Below are positions 24,601-37,085 of a stretch of DNA of 64,000 nt, in pieces. Below the pieces are notes generated by a model that worked only from the letters and a program-made list of their open reading frames with translations, did no database searches and was not told where the DNA came from. The stretch is from Octopus sinensis. Lineage: Eukaryota. The stretch lies in contig NC_043004.1 in the NCBI RefSeq assembly GCF_006345805.1, positions 77,810,001-77,874,000 on the forward strand, in the 5' to 3' direction. Every line of letters starts with the position of its first letter. Within the stretch, counting starts at the first letter, position 1. A program made the position numbers and the translations under genes.

Positions 24601-25323
24601 AGACAAATGAACAAACATTAGTTAATACTGCAACAGCTATCTTTCAAATGAAGTTAGTTCTCTTCACATCAATGTAACAAAATGATGTGTTTTATTTGTA
24701 TCTTAAATGTCTGAGAGGTTTTAATTATACCAATTAAATATTAGTTTATAACCAACACAGACATGGTTGTGTGGTTAAAACTCTTGCTTTGCAGTCACAT
24801 GGATTCAAGTTCAGTCCCACACCACAGCACATTGTGCAACTGTCTTCTCCTATAGCCCTGGGCCAACCACTGCCTTGCATATATATATACATACATACAT
24901 ATATACATGCATGCATGCAACTACATGCATGTGTCTGTGTTCCACCACAACACCACTTGGCAACCAGTATTGGTTTGTTTACATCCCTATAACTTATCCA
25001 TTCAACAAAAGATACTGATAAAGTATCAGATTTAAAAAATAATTACTGGGATCAATTTGTTCTACAGAAACCCTTCAAGACAAATTCTTCAGCATAGCCA
25101 CAGTCAAACGACAAAATCAAAGTAACAGATAAAAGATCAATATATTTGCCAATCATGTTATCTTATAAAGAAGGAGGTATGGAAACCTTGACCAAGAAAA
25201 TAAAATGAAGAACAGTGAATGCTGTTGTGTGTCTTACCGATTTTTGGCCTCTAATTGTGCAATGAGTTCCCGTTGAGCTTTACTTGAATCAAGGCTAAAG
25301 TTCATCTCAGCAGGGCTTCGTGC
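7691..25323 (-). CDS. Dyb: Dystrobrevin, partial spliced CDS (6 exons, 303 aa, C-terminal half; 5' exons outside window, terminal exon unresolved)
   Basis: Manual splicing gives [39 protein letters not shown]...[44 protein letters not shown]-...[28 protein letters not shown]. This closely matches the DTNA/DTNB coiled-coil region as I recall it. All five junctions are GT-AG with compatible phases (2,0,1,1,2). Confidence 0.95.
8971..9113 (+). mobile_element. Short SINE copy (CCCCTTGTGGG tail subfamily) with 12-bp flanking direct repeat
   Basis: GGTATAGTATCA at 8959-8970 and 9114-9125. Confidence 0.8.
10000..11700 (-). mobile_element. Further co-oriented copies of the same SINE (about 10000-10430 and 11085-11700)
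   Basis: Same core and B-box, (TAA)n linkers. Confidence 0.8.
10854..11023. repeat. Inverted repeat, about 70-bp arms
   Basis: AGCAGGTAACAGCTAGC...CTCTGATTGGTTGGTATTG is mirrored by CAATACCAACCAATCAGAG...GCTAGCTGTTACCTGCT. Confidence 0.9.
12012..12147 (-). CDS. Dyb: Dystrobrevin exon (136 nt): [46 protein letters not shown]
   Basis: Acceptor acatcag, donor CC|gtgagt, phase 1 to 2, no stop. EFLAQLRAR resembles DTNA AFLAQIHAR. Confidence 0.88.
13451..13504 (-). CDS. Dyb: Dystrobrevin small exon (54 nt): [18 protein letters not shown]
   Basis: Acceptor catttccag, donor CAG|gtgagt, phase 1 to 1. Yields [14 protein letters not shown], similar to DTNA KELNSEVGSETES. Confidence 0.86.
18257..18721. 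mobile_element. piggyBac-like MITE (TTAA|CCCTTT...AAAGGG|TTAA) with nested SINE at 18377-18597
   Basis: TTAA at 18257-60 and 18718-21. The nested SINE is flanked by AATTTAT(A/G)TCCCAAAC at 18361-76 and 18598-613. Confidence 0.82.
18766..19039 (-). CDS. Dyb: Dystrobrevin exon (274 nt): [22 protein letters not shown]...GGDIRQAF...[27 protein letters not shown]
   Basis: Acceptor tcttcag, donor CAG|gtacta, phase 0 to 1. Conserved GGD-Q-AF and [13 protein letters not shown] motifs. Confidence 0.95.
20038..20242 (-). CDS. Dyb: Dystrobrevin exon (205 nt): coiled-coil helices, EIMREIQRL...EGLMKLLK
   Basis: Acceptor cttttag, donor AAG|gtaaga. Contains [18 protein letters not shown], diagnostic of dystrobrevin. 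Confidence 0.97.
20460..20810 (+). mobile_element. DINE-1/Helentron-like (HINE) non-autonomous element
   Basis: ATTACCTCCACCTTCGCTGAGGCAGAGG 5' hairpin/subTIR, (GTTT)n tract, GTTGCCTTGG near the 3' end. The class call rests on structural resemblance only. Confidence 0.5.
22806..23022 (-). mobile_element. SINE (CCCCTTGTGGG tail subfamily) with 12-bp TSD
   Basis: TAATGAAATACC at 22794-22805 and 23023-23034. Confidence 0.88.
25238..25323 (-). CDS. Dyb: Dystrobrevin exon (86 nt): [29 protein letters not shown]
   Basis: Acceptor tttcag, donor CG|gtaaga, phase 0 to 2. Homologous to DTNB [28 protein letters not shown]. Confidence 0.95.
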
Positions 25324-25384
25324 CTGAAATAAAACAAAATGAATCTTTAAGTCTTTTTTGGTTTCAATTATCTGGACGTTATCA

Positions 25385-25423
<39 letters not shown>

Positions 25424-25950
25424 ACAGGGTTCCTACCAGTGGCTTGCATGTATAAAATAGTCAATAGACAACATATTTTTCATATAAAATTAGTGTACAT
25501 TTAAACATAAAAGAGGTGACCCTAACAGGACACCTTACACGCTAGAAGGAACAGTCTAAGTCCAAACCACGGTTAAGAGCAATTTCGAAGGGAATGAAAA
25601 ATAAAAGCATTTACAATATTTACCTCCCAGACCTAGGTTTAGAACTTTAATTAACGAATAAAACAATTTGTTAGGCAAAGTTCTCATCAGCAAGAGCTGA
25701 TAGGGTCCTGTTAGGGTTTTTGTTTTTAGATTTGTGTTTAAATGCACACTAATTCTCTATCTATCTATCTATATATATATATATATATAAAATATTTTTG
25801 AATTCTCAAAAAAAAAAAAGGGAAGATAGCAACATGACAAAAGAACTCAATAATCATGAAGAGTGTATATATTTATTAATGAAATACCTCAAAGATGTAT
25901 GTTTCTATATATGAGAGCTTTCTTTCAATCAGACATGGTGGTACTACTCT

Positions 25951-25991
<41 letters not shown>

Positions 25992-27353
25992 TATGTGTGT
26001 GTATATATATATATATATATCAACAACATTATCTAATGTCCGTTGTCCATGCTGGCATGGGTTGGCTGGTTTGACTGAGCTGGCACACTGGAAGGTTGCA
26101 CCAGACTCCAGTCTGATTTGGCATGTTTTTTAAAATTTTATGGCTGGATGCCCTTCCTAACACCAACCACTCTGAAAGTGTAACAGGTGCTTCTACATGT
26201 CACCATCAAGGGTGCCATTTGTGTGACACTGGGGTGCTTTTACTTGCCATAAATATATGCCAGTACTGCTTGAGTGGCCAACCAAAGCCTTGTCAGCAGA
26301 TTTGGTGGATGGAAACTGAAAGAAGCCCATTGTGTATATATATATATATATATACACATATATATTTGTATGTGTGTCTTTGTTCCCCACTACTGGTGTT
26401 GGTCTGTTTACATCCTCGTAATTTTACAGTTTGACAAAAAGGGCTGATAGAATAAGTACTAGGCTCAATAAAAAAAGTTCTGGGGTCGATTCGTTTGACT
26501 AAAATCCCTCAAGACAGTGCTCCAGCATGGCTGTAGTCTATGACTGAAACAAGTAAAAGATGAAAGATAACTTTTGTGTTTTGCACTAAAATGGTGGAAA
26601 CTTAATCTTCTCTTTTGAGGATGATGGCATCATAAAAAAGATTATTCAATTATGGTGTTTAATAACAGAACGAATAAAGCAGAGTCTGAAGGTTAAGTAT
26701 GGTTGAGGAGGGGAAGGGGTGCAGTGCTAATCACTTAATTACTGCGATGGACAGGTAACATGCAACAAGAGAAGCTGCAGTGAGTTAATAATGATAATAA
26801 TAATAATTGGTTGATTGTAATGTTTAGTATAACAGTGACTCATAAAATTCTGAAAACAGAGAATCAGTAAAATATCTGAACATTGAATTTAAACAAAAGC
26901 GCAGAGGAAATGTTGACAGCCAAAAACAGGAACTTTGTTCCTGAAAAACATCTGCAACAGATTTCAAACAGTTTTGACATTCACAGAAAATAAAAATAAA
27001 GGCGGCAAAAGAAAAAAAAAAAACCCAACAAAGCACAAAATGTGAAAAGGAAAGAAAATATGCTTCTTTTTTTTCTATATTATTTTATTAATAGCTATAA
27101 AGACTGAAATATTTTTATTTAATATGTGGTAATTTCTATAAACATCTTTTTCTTTTCATCAAACCTATAAAAAATAACTGGTTTATTGTCCTTGCATTAT
27201 ACACACTCTGTGTCTTTTCTAAACATTTTCACTGAATCTATTAACTATATACACTGTGTATATATTACTTCCTTACTCTTCCCTGATTTCGTTCTATTTA
27301 CATCAAACATGCTAACGCAACTAGCCAAATGTTTTACCAGTGAATTGTGATTT

Positions 27354-27990
27354 TTAACCCTTTAGCATTTAAACTAGTCATATCCAGTCCAGATATTCTA
27401 CATGTTTTATGTGCAAAGAGGTCAGATCAGGCTCTCATACCTACCCTACAATGTCATTTAAAAAAATAAACAATCACAGGCACAGGAGTAGCTGTGTGGT
27501 AAGTAGCTTGCTTACCAACCACATGGTCCCAGGTCAGTCTCGGAACAGTCCCACTGTTAAGTCCCGGGTCAGTCCCACTGCGTGGCACGTTGGGCAAGTG
27601 TCTTTCACTATAGCCTTGGGCCGACCAAAGCCTTGTGAGTGGATTTGGTAGAAAGAAAGTGACAGAAGCCCATCATATAACATAAATATATATATTTATG
27701 TGCATTTGTGTGTGTGTTTGTCCCAACATCGCTTGACAACTGACACTGGTGTGTTTATGTCCCCATAACTTAGTGGTTTAGCAAAAGAGACCGATAGAAA
27801 AAGTACTAGGCTTACAAAGAATAAGTCCTGGGGTCAACTAAAGGCAGTGTTCCAGCATGGCCACAGTCAAATGACTGAAACAAGTAAAAGAATAAAAGAA
27901 TATCCACTTGAAATGTCAAAGCTATGAGATAATGCAGGATTAATTGAAAACAATGTGAATAATAAACCTTAGATTCCACAGAGTCATTAT
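27354..27990. mobile_element. Second piggyBac-like MITE family (TTAACCCTTTAGCATT...), split by a SINE at 27478-27900
   Basis: TTAA|CCCTTT terminus. Related fragments at about 5500-5620 and 58530-58730. Confidence 0.6.
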
Positions 27991-27999
27991 TTGGTGATG

Positions 28000-28585
28000 C
28001 TTTCAATATGAAGATTCCAAAAGGTTAGGTCCTCTTTGCCCACCTTGGCAGGCAAGCAAACTGGTGACTGATGTGATTAGTCCAGGATTGGCAGATCCTC
28101 TCTGAGACAACCCTTCCACCACACTCACTTCTACTCCCGGTTGACATGACAGTTTGCTCGAAAGGCATTGGTAGCCTGCTGGATGGTGAGGTGCCACTGT
28201 TGTGGTGGTGGGGTCAATGTTACAAACTCTCAGTCATTTTTAGCAGGTCTTTATACCATTTCTGGGCACACCACTGTTTTGCTAGCCAGAAAGCAATTCT
28301 CTGTAGAGTACAATCCTTGCCAAGCAATGGTCCACCATTCTGGAAAGATGCCACACTCAGCACAGCTGTGTTTTCATGAGAATGGCCTCAAAACTGATGT
28401 GTTGGCTTTCTCAAGGACGCCTGGGTTGGTGACACATTCACTCCGGTGGATATTTTGTATGCTGTGCATCAGCTGACAGTAATCTAAGTGCTGAATGGTC
28501 AAGCCATTTTCTCCAAACAATTGTAAGCCACCAACGAGTCCTTCCTGTATTTTATAAATCCATGTCAGAAACACATTCAACAAGC
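28000..28585 (-). mobile_element. Degenerate RTE-clade LINE ORF2 C-terminal remnant
   Basis: Minus frame ISFEAILMKTQLC*VWHLSRMVDHCLARIVLYRELLSG matches the RTE pattern [34 protein letters not shown], with in-frame stops. Confidence 0.82.
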
Positions 28586-29084
28586 AATTGCCATGTTGTA
28601 ATTAATTAATTGTTCTTCATTACTGAAGACGTCTTTCATGGATTTCATGACACCAAATTACAAAGCTTAACAAATCAGAACCATCAACATCGCCATCATC
28701 ATCACCATCGTCGTCATCATCATTTTTCCATGTTGCCATGGACTGAATGGTTTGACAGGAGCTGGCATGGCCGGAGAGCTGCACCAGGCTTCAATTGTCT
28801 CTTTTGGCATGGTTTCTAAAGCTGGCTTACCCTTCCTAATGCCAACCACTTTACAGAGTGTATTGGGTGCTTTTTATGTGGCACCAGGACAGATATCTGC
28901 ATTGTAAATTCCTTTAACCAAGAACTTGTTGAGTGTTTCTCAGAAACAATTCCAGCCACAAAGACAAAAGTTACAGGACCACCCTCAACAGAGTTTTGGT
29001 AAGAAATCTAAAGTAATTTCCCACTTTCTCTCTCTCTCTCACTCCCTCACATATACTCTCTCCTTCACACACACATGCACACAC

Positions 29085-29121
<37 letters not shown>

Positions 29122-29979
29122 AATCAAACATTATTCAACTACAAATCTATTATACAATAACTCTGATTAAATTTTCAAATTCTCGATGTTTATTGATGAA
29201 AATATAAAAAAAAATTAATATTGCACTACAACTGCAAAATCATCATCACCATCACCATGGTTACCATCATCATCATCACAAGTACCACTACCAACACCAC
29301 CACCATCACATGTATTCTTGTTGTTTTGTCACATACTATCAATACACACACACATACACACACAGATTTTAATCTCAAACCCAAAATATAAATAAACATG
29401 AGAATATAGAAATACAAAAATGTAAACAATCAAATAAAAAAAGCGAAGAGTTTTTAGAATAGATTTCCAATATCTGGTAGTGATATGCTTCAATTATTAA
29501 AATACATGGCAGAGGTGCCGGGGTGGATGTGTGACCAGAAGTTTACTTCCCAACCACATGGTTCCAGGTTCAGTTCCATTACAGGGCACCTTGGACAAGT
29601 GTCTTCTAGTAGAGCTCCAGACTGGCCAAACCTTTGGGAGTGAATTTGGTAGATGGAAACTTGTGGAAGTTTGTCATACATGTGTATGTATTTACATGTG
29701 TGTGTGTGTGTGTGTGTGCATGCCCACATCTGTGTCCCTTGTGCCTCTTTGTCTTGACGTTGCATAAGCATCGTAAATGAGTGCCACTGTCATATAAGCA
29801 GTATTGTTTGCTTCCAATATTCTGTGAGAACATTTCTGGCTGTGTAAAAATATTACCTTAATTGGAAATGGGTGTGTGTGGATTGGTACCAGGTGGGGTA
29901 TCTGGCCATTGAAAAATCTACCTCAATCAACAAGTTCCATTTAAAACACAAACAGTTCTGCCAAACCACCACACGATGA

Positions 29980-31001
29980 TAATTCTTTCTTCTAAAAGTA
30001 GAAGGCCTGAAATTTTGGGAGAGGGTTAGGGTTTGATCGACCCCAGTATGCAACTGGTACTTAATTTATCAATCCCGAAAGGATGAAAGGCAAAGCCAAC
30101 CTTAGCAGAATTTGAACTCAGAATGAAACACCGCTAAGGCCTGAAATTTTGGGGGAGGGCCCAGTCAATTAGATCGACCCCAGTATGCAACTGGTACTTA
30201 ATTTATCAATCCCGAAAGGATGAAAGGCAAAGCCAACCTCAGCAGAATTTGAACTCAGAATGAAACACCGCTAAGGCCTGCAATTTTGGGGGAGGGGCCA
30301 GTCAATTAGATCGACCCCAGTATGCAACTGGTACTTAATTTATCAATCCCGAAAGGATGAAGGCAAAGCCAACCTCAGCAGAATTTGAACTCAGAATGAA
30401 ACACCGCTAAGGCCTGAAATTTTGGGGGAGGGGCCAGTCAATTAGATCGACCCCAGTATGCAACTGGTACTTAATTTATCAATCTCGAAAGGATGAAAGG
30501 CAAAGCCAACCTCAGCAGAATTTGAACTCAGAATGAAACACCGCTAAGGCCTGAAATTTTGGGGGAGGGGCCAGTCAATTAGATCGACCCCAGTATGCAA
30601 CTGGTACTTAATTTATCAATCTCGAAAGGATGAAAGGCAAAGCCAACCTCAGCAGAATTTGAACTCAGAATGAAACACCGCTAAGGCCTGAAATTTTGGG
30701 GGAGGGGCCAGTCAATTAGATCGACCCCAGTATGCAACTGGTACTTAATTTATCAATCCCGAAAGGATGAAAGGCAAAGCCAACCTCAGCAGAATTTGAA
30801 CTCAGAATGAAACACCGCTAAGGCCTGCAATTTTGGGGGAGGGGCCAGTCAATTAGATCGACCCCAGTATGCAACTGGTACTTAATTTATCAATCTCGAA
30901 AGGATGAAAGGCAAAGCCAACTTCAGCAGAATTTGAACTCAGATGAAACACCGCTAAGCATTTTGCCAGGCATGCTAACGATTGTGCCAGCTCACTGCCT
31001 C
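29980..31001 (-). repeat. tRNA-derived SINE with internal 137-bp segment amplified to 7 tandem copies
   Basis: AAGGCCTG starts at 30002, 30136, 30273, 30409, 30546, 30683 and 30820. There is one SINE head near 31000 and one tail near 29980. Confidence 0.96.
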
Positions 31002-31489
31002 ACATAATAATAATAATAATAATAATAATAATTCACCTTCAAAGAAGCTGGTAATTTCCATTTAATTGTCTCAGCGATTTTCCAGTTATTCCAAACCCTA
31101 GCCATCTTTATTTACTGGATAAAAATTCATAATATTTGACAGAGCAGCAGAGACAGCTGAGCTCAAATTGGAAACAATGGTGCTTACCATTTTAGCTTTG
31201 ACTGGAACTGGTTGACTTCTTTAGTCACATCAATGTTCAACAGTCAACATTTATGCAATTTTTAATTCTTTTCTGCATCACAAGTTTCATTTTTATGGAA
31301 ATATTGCCACTTGGATCCTATAAAGAAACAGATGTTTCTGGCATCTTGCAATCTATAGAATTCTTCCATTTAATGCAATGTGTGATTTCCTCTCAAAGTT
31401 AGAAGAACAGTGAAACTAAAATTGTAACTAAATTTAATAATTCATGTCATAAACGAGTTTTTGATACGTCATTAATACATTAATACAAA

Positions 31490-31882
31490 GGCGCATGAGT
31501 GGCTGTGTGGTAAGTAGCTTGTTTACCAACCACATGGTTCTGGGTTCAGTCCCACTGCGTCGCATCTTGGGCAAGTGTCTTCTGCTATAGCCCCGGGCCG
31601 ACCAATTACTTGTGAGTGGATTTGGTAGACGGAAACTGAAAGAAGCCTGTCGTATATATGTATGTGTGTGTATGTGTCTGTGTTTGTCCCCCTAGCATTG
31701 CTTGACAACCGATGCTGGTGTGTTTACGTCCCCGTCACTTAGCGGTTCGGCAAAAAGAGACCGATAGAATAAGTACTGGGCTTACAAAGAATAAGTCCCG
31801 GGGTCGATTTGCTCGACTAAAGGCGGTGCTCCAGCATGGCCGCAGTCAAATGACTGAAACAAGTAAAAGAAAAAGAAAAAGA
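31490..31882 (+). mobile_element. Most abundant tRNA-headed SINE family (near-consensus copy)
   Basis: GGCGCATGAGTGGCTGTGTGGTAAG (A-box-like) and GGTTCAGTCCC (B-box-like), internal (TA/TG)n, A-rich end. Many more copies, e.g. 3466-3850, 15440-15830, 16480-16860, 17870-18250, 27478-27900, 57091-57706. Confidence 0.9.
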
Positions 31883-33010
31883 TATGGAATGAAAACTTAG
31901 AGAAGGTACAGCCATGGCTGTGTGGTAAGATGTTTGTCTCCTGACCACATGGTTCAGGGTTCAAACCCATTTTGTGGCATCTTAGGCAAATGTCTTCCAC
32001 TATAGCCTGGGGTCAACCAAAGCTTTGAGAGGATATAGTATACAGAAACTGAAAGAAACTTGTCGTGTCTGTGTGTGTGTGTTTCTCCCACTCCACCACT
32101 TACAACTGTTGTTGGCCTGTTTATGTCACCATGACTTAACAGTTCAGCTAAGGACACTGATAGAATAGGTATCAGACTTGAAAAAAAAAAAAAAATTGAT
32201 GCAGTCAACTGAAATTCTCCAAGGTGGTACTCCAGCATGGCCACAGTCAAATGACAGAAACAAGTAAAAGTTAAAAGAAGTGAAACGATAGGAAGCCTGA
32301 AAACTTAACATCAGATGAACAACAGTGGCAGTGGTGGTTCTGCTGTTATTATGGTTGCCATGGGGCAGATGAAGTGTGTTGGGGCAGATGCATTCCTTGT
32401 TGCCAATCATCGCCTGTTTCCAAGGAGAGCGAAAACTACCTCCTCACCCCCCAGCACAGAGATTGTGTTTCGTGGATGTTTATAAGCAAACAACACTTTG
32501 TGACTTTCCTTTACAATTAACACACATCAAGACAATGGGACACACAGACACACAATCATCGTCATTGTTATTTTAACATCCAATTTTCTATGTTTCTATG
32601 AGTCAAAGAGAATTTGTTGGGGCAGATTTTCCACAGCCAGAAGCCCTTCCTATCACCAACCCTTACTTTTTTCAAAGGGAGACAGTATTCACCCATGACC
32701 AGACATGTTTATCATGGAAATCAGGAAACAAAGGACACCGTTTGTATGATAGGTACATTCATTTACAACTATCACGTGATGTCATGACAAGGAGACAGAA
32801 CCAAATCCACCCCATAGCAGAAAGCCCTTGCCCAAAGGTGCCATGCAGTGGAATTGAACCCAAAATGTGGACTTCTTAACTAAAAGGGTGAATATTATCA
32901 AAACCAGAAGTTAAATATCTAACTAACCATATATATATTTACACACACACACACTATATATATATATGTGTGTGTGTGTGTATTTAATTAGAGGATATTT
33001 TAACCTAGTA

Positions 33011-33205
33011 AGTAAGTAATAATAATGTTCGTCCTTCGGTTCGAAGATGACCAACTGACATCATCTGATGGAACTGCCGCCATGAGACCGGAGGTGGCTG
33101 GTGAGGCCAATCCGGGCAAGGAAGCCCCTCCCACAGGTGGGGCAGGAGAGGGTAGGGGCAGTGCTACTGAAACGATGGTTGCATCCAAGGAAATACTGGT
33201 TCAAT
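33011..33205 (-). mobile_element. 5'-truncated RTE-clade LINE 3' end with 8-bp TSD
   Basis: Minus frame STAPTLSCPTCGRGFLARIGLTSHLRSHGGSSIR* is an RTE C-terminal C2H2-like finger. Microsatellite tail; ACCTAGTA at 33003-33010 and 33206-33213. Confidence 0.9.
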
Positions 33206-33269
33206 ACCTAGTATTGTTGAGGAATGAAATTCCTTTAAAAAAAAAAAGGTATATGTTAAGCATATAGTT

Positions 33270-33691
33270 TATATCCATTTAAAAGAAGAAAAGAAAATGG
33301 AAATAAGGAAGTTAATTATTTACGATTAACAAATTGGTCATCTTCAATTCCTACAGTCATTTCAATTATTACTCAATAATTTAATTATAAATGTGTACAT
33401 TAAATTTGCATTTATGTGACATGAGCATAATTTCATCAGAGTAAAAAATTTACCTTTGGATGTTATATATATACTGAATTCATAGGTCCACATATAACAT
33501 CCCAAGGTATGTCTTTTTCTCTCTGATGAAATTATGCTCATGTCACATAAATGCAAATTTAATGTACAAATTTGTAGTTAAATTATTGAGTATTAATTGA
33601 AACGGCTGTAGGAACTGAAGATGATCAATTTGTTAATAAACAGTTGTTAATTTCCTTATCTCCATTTCTTTTCTTCTTTTAACTGGATATA
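33270..33691. mobile_element. Foldback/MITE, about 200-bp inverted arms with about 24-bp loop
   Basis: Arm TATATCCATTTAAAAGAAGAAAAG...CATTAAATTTGCATTTATGTGACATGAGCATAATTTCATCAGAG is mirrored in 33492-33691. Confidence 0.92.
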
Positions 33692-34119
33692 TACAGTTGC
33701 GGACAGGGTCTCAAAATACTGGTTGCCAGGAGACTAACGGGGCCCACCTGCATCTACAATGCTGTCATTTAATTTTTTTTTTGTTAAAAGTATTCTTTTC
33801 AGCTGTGTACAAATACAGCTAGGCCAAAATAATTAATGCATTCTTCCAGGAGTGAATAAAAAATTCTCAAACTTGAGGGGATGGGCCTCTTAGATACTAA
33901 CATGCCCCCCCCCCATATATGGATTCTAATGGTGCAGGGGCTTACTTGCCATCAGGCAAGCTGGTAACCTGGCCAGCCTGCCACTGGATGGATGATAGAT
34001 AGATAGATGTATATATCATCTCATAACATATATATATATATCATCTCATAAGCTACCTCCCTATATGTTGCAGCTTCACTCAAATGAAAGTGATTTTGGT
34101 CCTGCAGACAAGCCAACTG

Positions 34120-34722
34120 AGACCATAGCCCATGGCCTATGCCAGTGGGTGTAACCAGCCCACTTATGAGTACTCTTTATTCATTGGACAATAAACTTTG
34201 CTTGCGAAGACCTATTGAGGCAAGTGTAAACAAACCAAAATCAATGACGTGGCTGATGACAGTGCCGCCTGATTGGCACTCATGCCGATGGACTGTTAAA
34301 GGTATATCCGAGTGTGATTGTTGCCAGGACTATGGATTAGCTCCTGTGCCAGTGACACGTGAAAAGCACCATTCAAGTGTGATCGTTGCCAGCGTCGCCT
34401 TATTGGCACATATGCTGGTGGCACATGAAAAACAACATCTGAGCGTGGTTGTTGCCAGTGCTGCCAGACTGGCTCCTGTGCAGGTAGCACGTAAAAACAC
34501 CTTTTGAGCATGGTCGTTGCAGAACCACCTTACTGGCCCTCATGCCGGTGGCACGTAAAAAGTACCCACTATACTCTCAGAGTGGTTGGCGTTAGGAAGG
34601 GCATCCAGCTGTAGAAACTTTGCCATATCAGACTGAGCCTGGTGCAGTCTCTGGCTCACCAGTCCTCAGTCAAACCGTCCAACCCATGCCAGCATGGAAG
34701 GCGGACGTTAAACGATGATGAT
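34120..34722 (+). mobile_element. RTE-tail-like element ending CGGACGTTAAACGATGATGATG, with internal GTGCC-GGCAC repeats
   Basis: Conserved GGTTGGCGTTAGGAAGGGCATCC motif and (ATG)n tail. Other copies at about 5620-5825, 8045-8382, 26025-26215, 38080-38550 and 56445-56845. Confidence 0.7.
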
Positions 34723-35614
34723 GAGACTTATTAGTAATCTCACTAGTGCTGGTGCCATGAAAAAAATGGTACCCAGTGCATGCTGTAGAGTGGCTGTTGT
34801 TAGAAAGGACATCTGGCTGTCGAAACCATGTCAAAGCAGACACTGGAGCAAGATGCAGTCGTCCAACCCATTAGATTTTCTCAAATTGTTGAATGCATGC
34901 CAGCGTGGAACATGAATGCTGAATGATTATGGATGTATCTCTTGAACCGAAAGGGAAAACAGTAAACAGAAACAGATTCAATCTGAATTGAGACCAAACT
35001 AGTTATGCAAACATGATATCTATTATTGTGCTATCAGCGAGAAGTTAGAGAATCATCAAAGCTGCAAATGTTAAATCTACAATAATCCTCTCAATTATAA
35101 CCATTCAGAGGTTGTGTCTGCATTGCCCTGCTCATATGATCTCTGCAACACATTTTTATAAGTAAACGTGGGTTGCAAAGTTTTACAAATTCAGACATTT
35201 TCTTTATTTGTTAAACAGTTTATATGACTGATTAATCATTTTATTTATTCATAGGTATGGCTGTGTGGTAAGAAGCTTGCTTTCCAACCACATGGTTCCA
35301 GGTTCAGTCCTACTGAGTGGCACCTTGTGTGTCTTTTACTATAGCCTCGGGCTAATCAAAGCTTTGTGAGTGGATTTGGTAGACAGAAACTGAAAGAAGC
35401 CTGTCATACACATATATATATATATATGTACATATATATATTAGAAGAAATGAGGTACTCAGAAATCTGGATGGTTTTATATTTACAGATCTTTATTAAT
35501 ATGTCACATGTTTTTATAAATCATATATTAGCACTTGCATCTACTCTAGTCTCTGAAGACTCCACTTATTTCTTCTAATATATAATACCTGTACATCACG
35601 TCCAAACCTTCTAA

Positions 35615-35660
<46 letters not shown>

Positions 35661-36535
35661 TATATAAATGTGTATATATAAATGTGTGTGTTCCCATCAC
35701 CACTTGACAACCAGTGTTGGTTTGTTTATGTCTCTGTAACTTAGCAGTTCAGCAAAAGTGATCGATAGAATAAGTAACAGGGTTAAAAAAGAAAAAAAAG
35801 TAAGTACTTCGGTCTATTTGTTTAATTAAAATTTTTTAAGGTGATGCCCCAGCATGGCCGCAATCTAGTGACAGAAACAAGTAAAAGATAAGAGAGACAT
35901 ATACACACACGTGTGAGAGTGTGTGTGTGTTATCTTTTATATAAAACACTTAATTCCAAACTTCAAAGACTGAAAAAATCCTGGTTTATCTCCTTAGTTA
36001 AACCACGATTGTTATCTAATATTCATTTATGCAGAAGTAATAGGAAAAGTTGCAGTAAACCCACACAAACACTCAAAATTAAATGTTTTAGCCTGAAGCG
36101 AGTTTATACCATTTTACTGCAAAAATTAAAAAGAAAATACTAAAATCTTTCTCAAGGAAGAGCATAATGAAAATCTAATTTGTATCAAAGGTATTTGGAA
36201 AAAAAATATGGAAGCACACAATGACTAAGATTGTTGCCTAGAGTAAAATGTTACGATTCTAAAGGAAGAATTTATAATTTTAATGGGAAAAAGAAACATT
36301 GTGATGCTAAAGTTTTAAATTAATAAAATCATAGGTTGCTTCCATTCCAGTGGAAATATTAAAAAAATTTTATTCCTAATTATTAGAAACCATAGGCAAT
36401 GTTTTTCAAAGACAAACCTACACAATTTAATATTATCATTATCGTTGTTTTATGTCTGCTTTGCATGCTTGTGTGTTTGGACAAGTCATTATGGTCTGTA
36501 ATTGGAGGCTACAGCTCAGAAAGACTAGGTTCCTG

Positions 36536-36758
36536 TATGAGGGACTGCTGAAAAGTTCCTGGCTTTAAGGGTACTGCAAAAGGCCAGGTTGGAGGTCCAA
36601 CCTTCTGAGTTCTTTTACAGGGTTTAGAAAAGCTGAAGGACTTCTGCAATAAGTGTGTGAACCTGAGAGGGGAATAGTTGGATAAAACCATAATTAACTG
36701 ATTCTCCTGTATTTTCTTTTACCCAAAGCCAGGAACTTTTCAGCCCCACCCCCTCGTG
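36536..36758 (+). mobile_element. Mariner-derived non-autonomous element
   Basis: TIRs ATGAGGGACTGCTGAAAAGTTCCTGGCTTT and AAAGCCAGGAACTTTTCAGCCCCACCCCCTCGT. Internal GLEKLKDFCNKCVNLRGE*LDK resembles a mariner transposase C-terminus. Confidence 0.85.
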
Positions 36759-37085
36759 TGTGTCATTTAGCTTATGGTTGGACAGCCTTCTTTTCCAGAG
36801 TGTTCTAAGTACATTGACACCAACACAAGGGGTCGAATAATCAATGAGACTGGACAAGAGGGGAATCATAACTGTACCCCCCCCCACCGTCTCTGTGAAT
36901 TTAACCACTTCACAGCCGAGAACAGTAGTAGGTGTGTGTGTGTGGAGGTGTGGAGCAGGGGGATTGAAGGCAGTAAATGTAAGTTTGGCGGTGGAGGGAC
37001 AATGATGACAGAAAAGGTGGGAGTGATGTGGGGGGGGGGAGTAAATGTATGCAGAGGGAGTGGGGAATGAATTAGGATGGGTATA

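Noticed and set aside
31037-31250. Splice-like signals (AAG|GTGAAT, ATG|GTAAGC)
   Set aside because: The bounded segments have stops or lack a credible acceptor in the required phase.
33000-33267. GC-rich ORFs and a D-E-H codon run suggesting the missing dystrobrevin exon
   Set aside because: The informative frame is an RTE zinc-finger C-terminus with TSD. DEH lies in its 3' UTR and is not followed by LIARYAARL.
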